From contig CANPZO010000006.1 in assembly GCA_947589005.1 (NCBI GenBank), positions 19,959 through 83,958 of the forward strand: 64,000 bases of DNA, given 5' to 3'. Source of the DNA: an uncultured Clostridia bacterium (GTDB lineage Bacteria > Bacillota > Clostridia > UMGS1883). The notes below the pieces were generated by a model. The model made no database searches, was not told the DNA's origin, and was given only the letters and a program-made list of their open reading frames with translations. Every line of letters begins with the position of its first letter. The first letter of the stretch is position 1. This document shows positions 49,224-56,766 of this stretch, in pieces. Position numbers and translations under genes: made by a program.

Positions 49224-49715
49224 TTAAGCGGCCTTCATATGTAGTTTGCGCAGTTTTTGCCAAATAAGGGCGAAAAGCAGGGCGACGGCGGCGCCCGCCA
49301 GCACGCCGGCGGTGTCGATGCACACGTCCCTCGGGTGGCAGGAGCGGCCCGGCACAAAGAGCTGGTGCAGCTCGTCGGTGACGGCGTAAAGACAGCCGAG
49401 GCCGACGGTCACGGGCAGGGCACGGCTTGTCCTGTACAGCCGTACAAGGTGCATGAGCCAGAAGCCCAAAAAGGCGTAAATCGAAAAGTGGGCGCATTTG
49501 CGCACAAAGAACATCACCGACTCCACAAGCTCCGTCCGGGCCTCCGCGCTCATTTTGCGGAAGGACGAAAACAGGCCGAAAATCAGCCGCACAAAGCGGC
49601 CGCTGGTTCCGTCGGAGGCCGTCGCGTCCTGAGCGGAAAACAGGAATATCATCACCGCCGAGGCCAGAACCATTATCCATAATATGACTTTAAGCGTTTT
49701 TCTGCCATTCATCAC
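49224..49715 (-). CDS. VanZ family membrane protein
   Basis: KCAHFSIYAFLG...TDELHQLFVPGR...DVCIDTAG. Confidence 0.8.
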   Translation of the reverse strand: MMNGRKTLKVILWIMVLASAVMIFLFSAQDATASDGTSGRFVRLIFGLFSSFRKMSAEARTELVESVMFFVRKCAHFSIYAFLGFWLMHLVRLYRTSRALPVTVGLGCLYAVTDELHQLFVPGRSCHPRDVCIDTAGVLAGAAVALLFALIWQKLRKLHMKAA

Positions 49716-50782
49716 AGCTCTCCCCTTAAAAGAAGCCCCGTAAGGACCTCGGCCACGGCCCGGCCTCCCCTGCCGTTGGGGTGGGCGTCGTCGAGGGCGC
49801 TCATGTACTCCCTCTTGACAAGGCCGCCGGCGTCCTCCAAAATCGAGCCTATGTCAAAAATCTTCGGCCCGAGCTCGCCGCCCAGCACCGCGCGGTTGAC
49901 CGTCCGCCGCTGCTCCTCCTGCCACGGCTCCATGTTGAAGGGCGGAACGGTACACTGTATTATGTCCACCGACGGGTTGTTTTCCCTGAGAATACGGTGG
50001 ACGGCTCTGAGGCTTTCGATAACATTTTCACCACTGCGGCCGCCGCTTTTTATGTCGTTGACGCCGAAGCAGACGATTATTTTATCGGCGTTCTTCGCCA
50101 AGTTCATGAACAGGCCGTCCGCCGCCGCGTCGTAGGCCCTTGACCAGCCCATGCCGAGGTTGAGGACATTGACGGAGAGGGGCAGGGCCAGCGCCGTGCG
50201 CAGGGCCCAAGCCTCGTATTTGTCGGTGGCGGTGCGGGTGCCCTGAGTTATGCTGTCGCCGAAAAACGCCAGCGTTTCGGAAAAATCCCCCTCGTAGCCC
50301 ACGAAGTTGGGGCGCATGACGTTGAGGGTGCGCAGGCCGCCGCGGTAGCCGGAGGAGGCGCTCTCGTCGGTGGAGGGCAGCTCGAGGTTCTCCTCCGCCC
50401 TTACGCGCAGCCGCACGCACAGCCATGAGCCCTCGGGGAGGGATATTTCGGCAAGGTCGGAGGCGAAGCCCCTTTCGACCCAGGCGGAGGTCTCGCCGCC
50501 GAAGGTCAGCGGCGTCTCGGCCTCCGGCCGGGGGCCGGGCTTGGGGCCGCGGCCAACCGAGGCGGAAAGCAGGGTGAACCTGCCGCCCTCCTTGTCCCGC
50601 GCCGAGCAGCCGGTGGAGTATATTTTATTGAAGAATTTTATCATCACCCTGAGCCTTCCCCTTTTTCTGGGCAGATACCAGCTCAGGAAGTCCGCCTCCT
50701 CCCCTTTTTTCATGGGAATGAAGTTGTTGTTCCCCGTGCCGGAAACTATGAGAGAAGGGAGAGTCAGTTCGGTTTCAAGCAT
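49712..50782 (-). CDS. SGNH/GDSL hydrolase family protein
   Basis: FFGDSITQG (block I) and DDAHPN (block V) in the C-terminal half. Confidence 0.75.
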   Translation of the reverse strand: MLETELTLPSLIVSGTGNNNFIPMKKGEEADFLSWYLPRKRGRLRVMIKFFNKIYSTGCSARDKEGGRFTLLSASVGRGPKPGPRPEAETPLTFGGETSAWVERGFASDLAEISLPEGSWLCVRLRVRAEENLELPSTDESASSGYRGGLRTLNVMRPNFVGYEGDFSETLAFFGDSITQGTRTATDKYEAWALRTALALPLSVNVLNLGMGWSRAYDAAADGLFMNLAKNADKIIVCFGVNDIKSGGRSGENVIESLRAVHRILRENNPSVDIIQCTVPPFNMEPWQEEQRRTVNRAVLGGELGPKIFDIGSILEDAGGLVKREYMSALDDAHPNGRGGRAVAEVLTGLLLRGEL

Positions 50783-50830
50783 TGTGATAACCTCCGTTGC
50801 GTTCGGGAGCGCCGGGACTTTTCGCTTTCA

Positions 50831-50861
50831 AAATATGGGAACCCTGAAGGTTCCCATATTT
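50831..50861. terminator. 13-bp stem bidirectional terminator after tRNA-Leu
   Basis: AAATATGGGAACC-CTGAA-GGTTCCCATATTT. Confidence 0.65.
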
Positions 50862-50869
50862 TCGTATAT

Positions 50870-50957
50870 TGGTGCTCGGGACCGGAATCGAACCGGTACG
50901 GCTTTATGGGCCGGGGGATTTTAAGTCCCCTGCGTCTACCTATTCCGCCACTCGAGC
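50870..50957 (-). tRNA. tRNA-Leu (anticodon UAA), long variable arm
   Basis: Hand-folded. Anticodon loop CTTAAAA. One A-C mismatch in the acceptor stem. CCA encoded. Confidence 0.8.
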
Positions 50958-51130
50958 GGCTCCAAAAATTATTATAATAAAAAACCCGCCGTTTGTCAAG
51001 ACCCGCGCCGCAATTTTATTGGTATAATTTCCGGCGGGGACTAATATACTTAGACAGAAGGACAGAAGGAGGAAAAAATCGTGAGCAAAGTATTTTTGAA
51101 TAAATCGGAGACAAAGGAGGCGGAGAACTG

Positions 51131-52609
51131 ATGTCCTCTGCAAGCATCTACGGCGACATCGCCCGTCGCACCGGCGGCGACATCTACATAGGCGTGGTGG
51201 GGCCGGTCAGGACGGGCAAATCCACCTTTATCAAGAAATTCATGGACACCATTGTCATTCCCAACATAGGCGACCAATACCAGCGTTCGCGCACTCAAGA
51301 CGAGCTGCCCCAAAGCGCCGCCGGCCGCACGATAATGACCACCGAGCCCAAGTTCATACCAAACGAGGCCATAAGCGTCGCCATAGACGAAAAAACGAGC
51401 TTCCGCGTCCGTCTCATCGACTGCGTCGGCTACATAGTGGACTCCGCAAAGGGCCATACCGACGAGGACGGCCCCCGCATGGTAAGCACGCCGTGGTTCG
51501 AGGAGGACATAGAGTTTGACAGGGCCGCGGAGATAGGCACCCGCAAGGTCATCTGCGAGCACAGCACCATCGGCATCGTAATGACCACCGACGGCAGCAT
51601 CTGCGACATTCCGCGGGAGGACTATATCCCCGCCGAGGAAAGAGTCGTCGCCGAGCTTAAGGAAATCGACAAGCCCTTTATCATAGTCCTCAACTCCGCC
51701 TCCCCCGCCTCGGCCCAGGCGCAGAAGCTGCGCGCCGAGCTGGAGGAAAAGTATTCCACCCCCGTGGTGGCCGTAAGCTGCGTCGAGTTAAGCGGCGGCG
51801 ACATCGAGGACATAATAAAGGCCGTGCTTTACGAGTTCCCCCTCTGCGAGCTGAGCCTCGACCTGCCCCGTTGGATAGACGCCCTGCCCATGGACCACTA
51901 TCTGAAAAAGTCGGTGTTTTCCACCGTCAGGGAAAAGCTGCTGCCCCTTTACAAGCTCAGCCAGATACGTCCGGCGGCGGCCGCTTTGGGAGACAACGAG
52001 TACATAAAGGCCGCCTCGGTGGAGCGCATCAGCCCCGACAAGGGCAGCGCGGCCATAAGCCTGACGGTCAGGGACGGCCTGTTCTACAAGGTTATCAGCG
52101 AGACCACCGGAATCGAGCTGAAGGACGACGAGGCTCTTATCGCCTTTATCACCGAGATGGCGAAGGTCCGCAAGAAATACAGCAAGCTGGAGTACGCTCT
52201 CCACGAGGTGGAGCAGACGGGCTACGGCATAGTTTTCCCCTCCATAGAGGAGCTTACCCTCAAGGAGCCGGAAATAATGAAGCAGGGAGGCCGCTTCGGT
52301 GTGCGGCTCAGGGCCAGCGCCCCCAGCATCCACCTCATCAAGGCCCAGATAGAGACCGAGGTCAACCCCATAGTCGGCAGCGAAAAGCAGAGCGAGGACC
52401 TTGTGAACTACCTGATGTCCGAGTTCGAGAGCGACCCCATAAAGATATGGGAGAGCAACATCTTCGGCAAATCCCTTCACGAGCTGGTGAACGAGGGCCT
52501 CAACACCAAGCTCAGCAAAATGCCCATGGACGCCCGCGGCAAGCTTCGGGAGACCTTGGAGAAAATCATAAACGAGGGCTCCGGCGGGCTTATATGTATA
52601 ATATTGTAA
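51131..52609 (+). CDS. spoIVA: stage IV sporulation protein A
   Basis: IYGDIARRTGGDIYIGVVGPVRTGKSTFIKKFM (Walker A) and a length of 492 aa. Confidence 0.95.
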   Translation: MSSASIYGDIARRTGGDIYIGVVGPVRTGKSTFIKKFMDTIVIPNIGDQYQRSRTQDELPQSAAGRTIMTTEPKFIPNEAISVAIDEKTSFRVRLIDCVGYIVDSAKGHTDEDGPRMVSTPWFEEDIEFDRAAEIGTRKVICEHSTIGIVMTTDGSICDIPREDYIPAEERVVAELKEIDKPFIIVLNSASPASAQAQKLRAELEEKYSTPVVAVSCVELSGGDIEDIIKAVLYEFPLCELSLDLPRWIDALPMDHYLKKSVFSTVREKLLPLYKLSQIRPAAAALGDNEYIKAASVERISPDKGSAAISLTVRDGLFYKVISETTGIELKDDEALIAFITEMAKVRKKYSKLEYALHEVEQTGYGIVFPSIEELTLKEPEIMKQGGRFGVRLRASAPSIHLIKAQIETEVNPIVGSEKQSEDLVNYLMSEFESDPIKIWESNIFGKSLHELVNEGLNTKLSKMPMDARGKLRETLEKIINEGSGGLICIIL

Positions 52610-52620
52610 ACACCGGACGA

Positions 52621-52655
52621 CGTCGGAACAAGCGGTTTATCGCTTGTTCCGATTT
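52621..52655 (+). terminator. spoIVA terminator; copy 1 of a 35-nt perfect direct repeat
   Basis: GGAACAAGCG-GTTTAT-CGCTTGTTCC followed by a T-run. Identical to 53391-53425. Confidence 0.8.
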
Positions 52656-52750
52656 TTTTGACCGGCCCCCGGACAGCAACCCCACGCCTTTTTGTTACGG
52701 TGGTGCGCCGTGTGTATTTTGTTTTATAAACGAAATTTGGGTTATTCTTG

Positions 52751-52824
52751 TTGTAGGGGCTCGCCTTGCGCGTCCGCGTTCACACGTTTACGGTAATAAT
52801 TACGCAAATTTGTAAGTATATTTG
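52751..52824 (+). repeat. 74-nt imperfect direct repeat, copy 1 (begins with a GTAG-hairpin unit)
   Basis: 55 of 74 positions identical to 52931-53004 in an ungapped hand alignment, at an offset of exactly 180 nt. Confidence 0.7.
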
Positions 52825-52873
52825 CCAAAATAACACCCATAATTGTTACCGCAAACGAAATGTAGCGGACGTC

Positions 52874-52900
52874 CGGCGGCTTGAAGGCAAGCCGCCCTAC
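52874..52900 (-). repeat. REP-like element (GTAG plus hairpin)
   Basis: The reverse complement reads GTAGGGCGGCTTGCCTTCAAGCCGCCG. Confidence 0.85.
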
Positions 52901-52930
52901 GCAATAAGGAGTCGATTTCTTTGCCGGATT

Positions 52931-53004
52931 TTGTAGGGGAGCGCATTGCGCTCCCGCTTACACAGATTTACGGTGACAAATATACGGTTTTGTAGATATA
53001 TTTG
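52931..53004 (+). repeat. 74-nt imperfect direct repeat, copy 2
   Basis: Contains GTAG-GGGAGCGC-ATT-GCGCTCCC (52933-52955). Confidence 0.7.
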
Positions 53005-53120
53005 ATTGTAATATCATTTATCATTGTCAACATAAACGTTTGATGGCGGGCGGTCGATGTGTGTAGTGTAGGGACATAGTTTACACTAACTATGTAGGGG
53101 TACCCGATTTATTCCACGGT

Positions 53121-53225
53121 GGTATTGACATGAGCCTCGAGCCGCATATGGTTTGATAGGGATAACCCGGGAGCAGGCTCCCTATGGCATAAAAGCCTAC
53201 CATATGCGGCACTCATGTCAATACC
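53121..53225. repeat. 105-nt long imperfect hairpin / palindrome
   Basis: GGTATTGACATGAG (53121-53134) pairs with CTCATGTCAATACC (53212-53225). GCCGCATATGGT (53141-53152) pairs with ACCATATGCGGC (53199-53210). An inner ATAGGGA/TCCCTAT stem is present. Confidence 0.8.
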
Positions 53226-53271
53226 CTTTCGCGGCATAAAACATTTTTCGTTAGGCCCACTTCGGCGCTTT

Positions 53272-53337
53272 TGTAAACTATGTCCATGAATTAGTGTAAA
53301 CTAAGTGCATGAACAATTTGTAAACCATGTCAATATA
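53272..53337 (+). repeat. three iteron-like direct repeats TGTAAAC(T/C)A(T/A)GT(C/G)CA
   Basis: Copies start at 53272, 53295 and 53319 (23-24 nt spacing). An inverted copy GGACATAGTTTACA lies at 53072-53085. Confidence 0.75.
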
Positions 53338-53390
53338 TACACGATGACCGCCCCTACAGCGCCAACTACATTTTTGTTTTTCGACACGCT

Positions 53391-53425
53391 CGTCGGAACA
53401 AGCGGTTTATCGCTTGTTCCGATTT
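53391..53425 (+). repeat. copy 2 of the 35-nt terminator-hairpin repeat
   Basis: Identical to 52621-52655, 770 nt away. Confidence 0.9.
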
Positions 53426-53429
53426 CTTT

Positions 53430-53475
53430 AAAAAAAACGTCGGGGCAAAGACCGTCTTTGCCCCGACGTTCTATG
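53430..53475. terminator. 15-bp stem bidirectional terminator (lipoprotein/UPF0182 operon)
   Basis: ACGTCGGGGCAAAGA-CCG-TCTTTGCCCCGACGT flanked by A7 and a T-rich tract. Confidence 0.75.
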
Positions 53476-53502
53476 ATTTTTACGTTTCTTTTATTCAGCG
53501 CC

Positions 53503-54018
53503 TTATTCCGGCGCTTCCTCCTCGCTGAGCGTTTTGCCGTTGAACTTAAGGCCGTAATCCTTTTCGCCGTCGGTGAAGATTATCTTCTTGTCGGTCTCCT
53601 CCTTGAACTCCAGCGCCGTTTCGTGGAGCAGGCTCTGCTTGCCGTCCTTGGCGCTCACCATATAGAGGCCGATGTTCTCGTAATAGAGCCATGTGCCCTT
53701 GGCGTAGATTATCCTGCCCTTGCCGAACTTTTTTATCTTGCCGTTTTTCATGGAAATATACTTCGTGCCCTCGTCGGTGTTGAAATACACCTTATTGCCG
53801 AGGACGACGAGCTTTTCCTCGTTGGCGCCGATATTTTCCGCCATTACCTCGCCGTTCATGGTGACGGTCTGGTCCTTCAGCTCGAACACGTTGTCCCCCG
53901 CGGTGACCCGGGCGGTGGCGTTGTTCTCGATATTCTGCTCCTCGTCTATCTCCTGCCCGCAGGCGCAGAGCATCAGGACGGCCAGCAGCATGGGCAGCAA
54001 CCTTTTCAGCTTACTCAC
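53503..54018 (-). CDS. lipoprotein, function unknown
   Basis: The lipobox is LMLCAC within MSKLKRLLPMLLAVLMLCACGQ. 8-nt overlap with the upstream gene. Confidence 0.7.
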   Translation of the reverse strand: MSKLKRLLPMLLAVLMLCACGQEIDEEQNIENNATARVTAGDNVFELKDQTVTMNGEVMAENIGANEEKLVVLGNKVYFNTDEGTKYISMKNGKIKKFGKGRIIYAKGTWLYYENIGLYMVSAKDGKQSLLHETALEFKEETDKKIIFTDGEKDYGLKFNGKTLSEEEAPE

Positions 54019-56755
54019 CGCCGTTCCCTCCGCTCACGTCATAGTTTCCGTAGATGGCCTGCCGAAGGCCGTCCATCGCCCTTCCGAATTCCGTCCAGTC
54101 GCCGGACATACGGGCCTTTTCCGCCGCCTCGTAGGCCGCGGCTATGTCCCCTATCGCGCCGGAGGGGGTCTCCGTATCGGGCTGAGGCCGGGCGGGCTCC
54201 TCCGTTTCGGGCGGGGCGGCGCCGCCGGACTGTCCGAAGAGCTTGTCGAGGGCGTCCTCAAGAGTGGGCTCCATAACCACGTCCTCGCCGTAGGCCACAA
54301 CGACCCGCTTTACCTCGGGCAGGGCGGCGTTGTTGCTGGTGGTCAGGTATATCGGCTCCACATAGAGCAGGCTGCTCTCGATGGGTATAACCAGCAGGTT
54401 GCCCTTTATGACATTGCTGCCGCCCTGGTCCCAAAGGGATATCTCCTTCGAAAACTCGTCGTTGGAGTCTATGCGGTTCTCGATGTGCAGCGTGCCGTAA
54501 ACGGTCTTGTCCGTGGGGAACTTGTAGAGTATCATTTCACCGTTGCTCCTTGAGGCCAGCCAGCCCACAAGATTTTCCTTGTTGGCCGGAACAAAGGGCT
54601 GCATCAGCACAAGCTCCGCGTCCTCGTCGCCGAAGTTTTTAAGCTGCATGAAGTTGTAGTAGGGCATTATTTCGGTGGTCTCGTTGTTCATATATTTTTC
54701 CTTCGGGGCCGCCCACAGGTCGGAGTTGCCGTAGAAGTTGGCGGTGTCGGCCATATGGTAGCGGAGGAAAACATTGTATTGCAGGGTGAACAGAGCCTCG
54801 GGACAGCGTATATGCTCCGCAAGGTCCGCCGGGAACTCTCCGTCCTCGAAGGCGGAGGGGTAAATTTTTTCGTAGGTTCTTATCAGGGGGTCGGAGGGGT
54901 CGGTGATATACACCTTCACGTCGCCGGAATACGCGTCGATAACGGCCTTGGCGCTGTTGCGGATATAGCTTATGCCGTTGTAGACCTGACCGTAGGGCAT
55001 CTTATCCGAGGTGGTGTACAAATCCAGCACCCACTTAAGCCCGCCCTTGCCGTCTATCAGTATATAGGGGTCGGTGTCCTGGGTCAGGAAGGGGACGGCC
55101 ATCCTCACGCGGTCATAGATGTTGCGGTTTATGAGCAGGCGGCTGTCGCCGTTGATATAGCCGGAGATAAGCAGCTTGTAGTCCAGCTCTCTCAGGGCGA
55201 AAAGGAAGCGGTTGAGGCCGCTCATGACGATGCCGCTGTCACCGGCAAAGACCTTGCCCGTCTGTTCGTTGTCGGTCACATAGTCCAGCTCGTCGTAGCC
55301 GGTGTTCACTATCACATAGTTGTCCGTTTTTTCGCCGTAATATATCCGCGGCTGTGAAATTTCGGGATAACCCTCGGCGCTGGTGACGGGCATATTGTCA
55401 ATGACAAAGATGGGCTGTCCGTCCTCGGTGACCTGATTTATACGGTTGGCCACTATGCCGTAGCCGTGGGTATAGCGCAGGTGGAGGTTGATATAGTTTT
55501 TCGAGGTTTCGGGCAGCTTGGCGGCGTCCAGCTCACGGGGGGTGATGTTTATGGCGGTCTTTTGGCCGTTTACCACATAGGGCACGATATCGGAGTCGGT
55601 AAAGGCGTAGTAGTCCCTTATGCTCTTTGAGGAATTGGCCACCGAAAGCGTGGACGGCAGGTCGGTTATGCGGATATTTTCAATTGTTTCGGCGTTATTC
55701 GCAATATCCTCCGCCGTCAAATCCTCGGTCACCTCGAAGGTCCTCTCCTCGACGTTGTGGAGATTGAAGCCCATCTTGGTGTACTTCATGTTGCTTTCGA
55801 TATAGGGCTGCTCCATAGCCACCTCCTCGGGGGCGACGATGAAGTTGTTGGTGAAAAGGGTCACTATCCACAGCGCCACGAGCATCGCCGGGAACACGGC
55901 GGCGGTTATGACGACGGCCTTAAGCTTGCCCTTGAACAGCAGCGCCATGCCCACCACGAGCAGGACGCAGATGATAAAGGGGGCGGCGGTGTAGAAGGGC
56001 AGCCTTATTTTAACGTCGGTGTAGCCCGCACCGGTGACGCCGGCGGTCTCGGAATACACCAGTCCCTCGGCGGTAAAGCGGTAGGTCAGGGCCTTGACCG
56101 CGCCCATCAGGAACACCAGCACCGCGCAGTGGCCGAAAACGGCCCTGCTCCGGAAAAGAGCGACGGGCGACTCCTCCCTTTCGCCGGCGGCGTACATACC
56201 GAGGTAGGCCACGACCGTATATATCAGAAGCACCACCAGCAGCATGGCGAAAATATCCGCCATGGAAATATAGAAATCACGCTTGAGCATGAAATAGCTG
56301 ATGTCCTTGCCGAAAAGGGGGTCGGTCTCCCCGTAGGGCACGGCGTTTTTCCAAAGCAGGAACTTCTCCCCCATGCCGGAGGAGCAGCCCAGCGCCACAA
56401 AAGCCGAGACAACGACGCCCAGGCCCAGCACATACTTGCGCTTGAGCAGCCAGTTCATTTCCCCCCTGGCCGAGGCGCGGCGGCGCAGAACGGCGCCGTT
56501 GGCGGCGAAAAGCGCCAGCGTCAGCCAAAACAGCGCCGCGCCGAACAGTATCTTGGCCCCAAGGCGCGTAAAGAACACCGGCACAAACTCGCCGCCCACC
56601 TCGCGGACCTCCATGTAGTCCATGTAAAGGACAAAGGCGGCCACAAGTCCCGCCGCGAGAGCGACTATCAGTATGATTTTCAGTATCCTCCTGAAAACGG
56701 CCTCGCCGTTAACGAGATTTTCCCACATTTGAGACCATCCTTTCTCAAAACACAT
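54011..56755 (-). CDS. UPF0182-family large membrane protein
   Basis: ~900 aa, with a multi-TM N-terminal third and a large soluble remainder. Family call from architecture and memory of COG1615-type proteins. Confidence 0.6.
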   Translation of the reverse strand: MCFEKGWSQMWENLVNGEAVFRRILKIILIVALAAGLVAAFVLYMDYMEVREVGGEFVPVFFTRLGAKILFGAALFWLTLALFAANGAVLRRRASARGEMNWLLKRKYVLGLGVVVSAFVALGCSSGMGEKFLLWKNAVPYGETDPLFGKDISYFMLKRDFYISMADIFAMLLVVLLIYTVVAYLGMYAAGEREESPVALFRSRAVFGHCAVLVFLMGAVKALTYRFTAEGLVYSETAGVTGAGYTDVKIRLPFYTAAPFIICVLLVVGMALLFKGKLKAVVITAAVFPAMLVALWIVTLFTNNFIVAPEEVAMEQPYIESNMKYTKMGFNLHNVEERTFEVTEDLTAEDIANNAETIENIRITDLPSTLSVANSSKSIRDYYAFTDSDIVPYVVNGQKTAINITPRELDAAKLPETSKNYINLHLRYTHGYGIVANRINQVTEDGQPIFVIDNMPVTSAEGYPEISQPRIYYGEKTDNYVIVNTGYDELDYVTDNEQTGKVFAGDSGIVMSGLNRFLFALRELDYKLLISGYINGDSRLLINRNIYDRVRMAVPFLTQDTDPYILIDGKGGLKWVLDLYTTSDKMPYGQVYNGISYIRNSAKAVIDAYSGDVKVYITDPSDPLIRTYEKIYPSAFEDGEFPADLAEHIRCPEALFTLQYNVFLRYHMADTANFYGNSDLWAAPKEKYMNNETTEIMPYYNFMQLKNFGDEDAELVLMQPFVPANKENLVGWLASRSNGEMILYKFPTDKTVYGTLHIENRIDSNDEFSKEISLWDQGGSNVIKGNLLVIPIESSLLYVEPIYLTTSNNAALPEVKRVVVAYGEDVVMEPTLEDALDKLFGQSGGAAPPETEEPARPQPDTETPSGAIGDIAAAYEAAEKARMSGDWTEFGRAMDGLRQAIYGNYDVSGGNGGE

Positions 56756-56766
56756 TCGCGCAAAGA

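Noticed and set aside
50870-50957. The A-C mismatch in the acceptor stem of tRNA-Leu(UAA) and the U-C mismatch in the T-stem of tRNA-Arg(UCU, 9585-9661), considered as signs of pseudo-tRNAs.
   Set aside because: There is a single mismatch in each. All other stems, conserved loops and the encoded CCA are intact, and both lie in normal promoter/terminator contexts.
53045-53354. Nested inverted repeats, considered as a second invertible promoter.
   Set aside because: Both flanking operons end here (convergent), so there is no gene to switch. No -35/-10 pair with proper spacing was found inside. The region is reported instead as a repeat or possible mobile or structured-RNA island.
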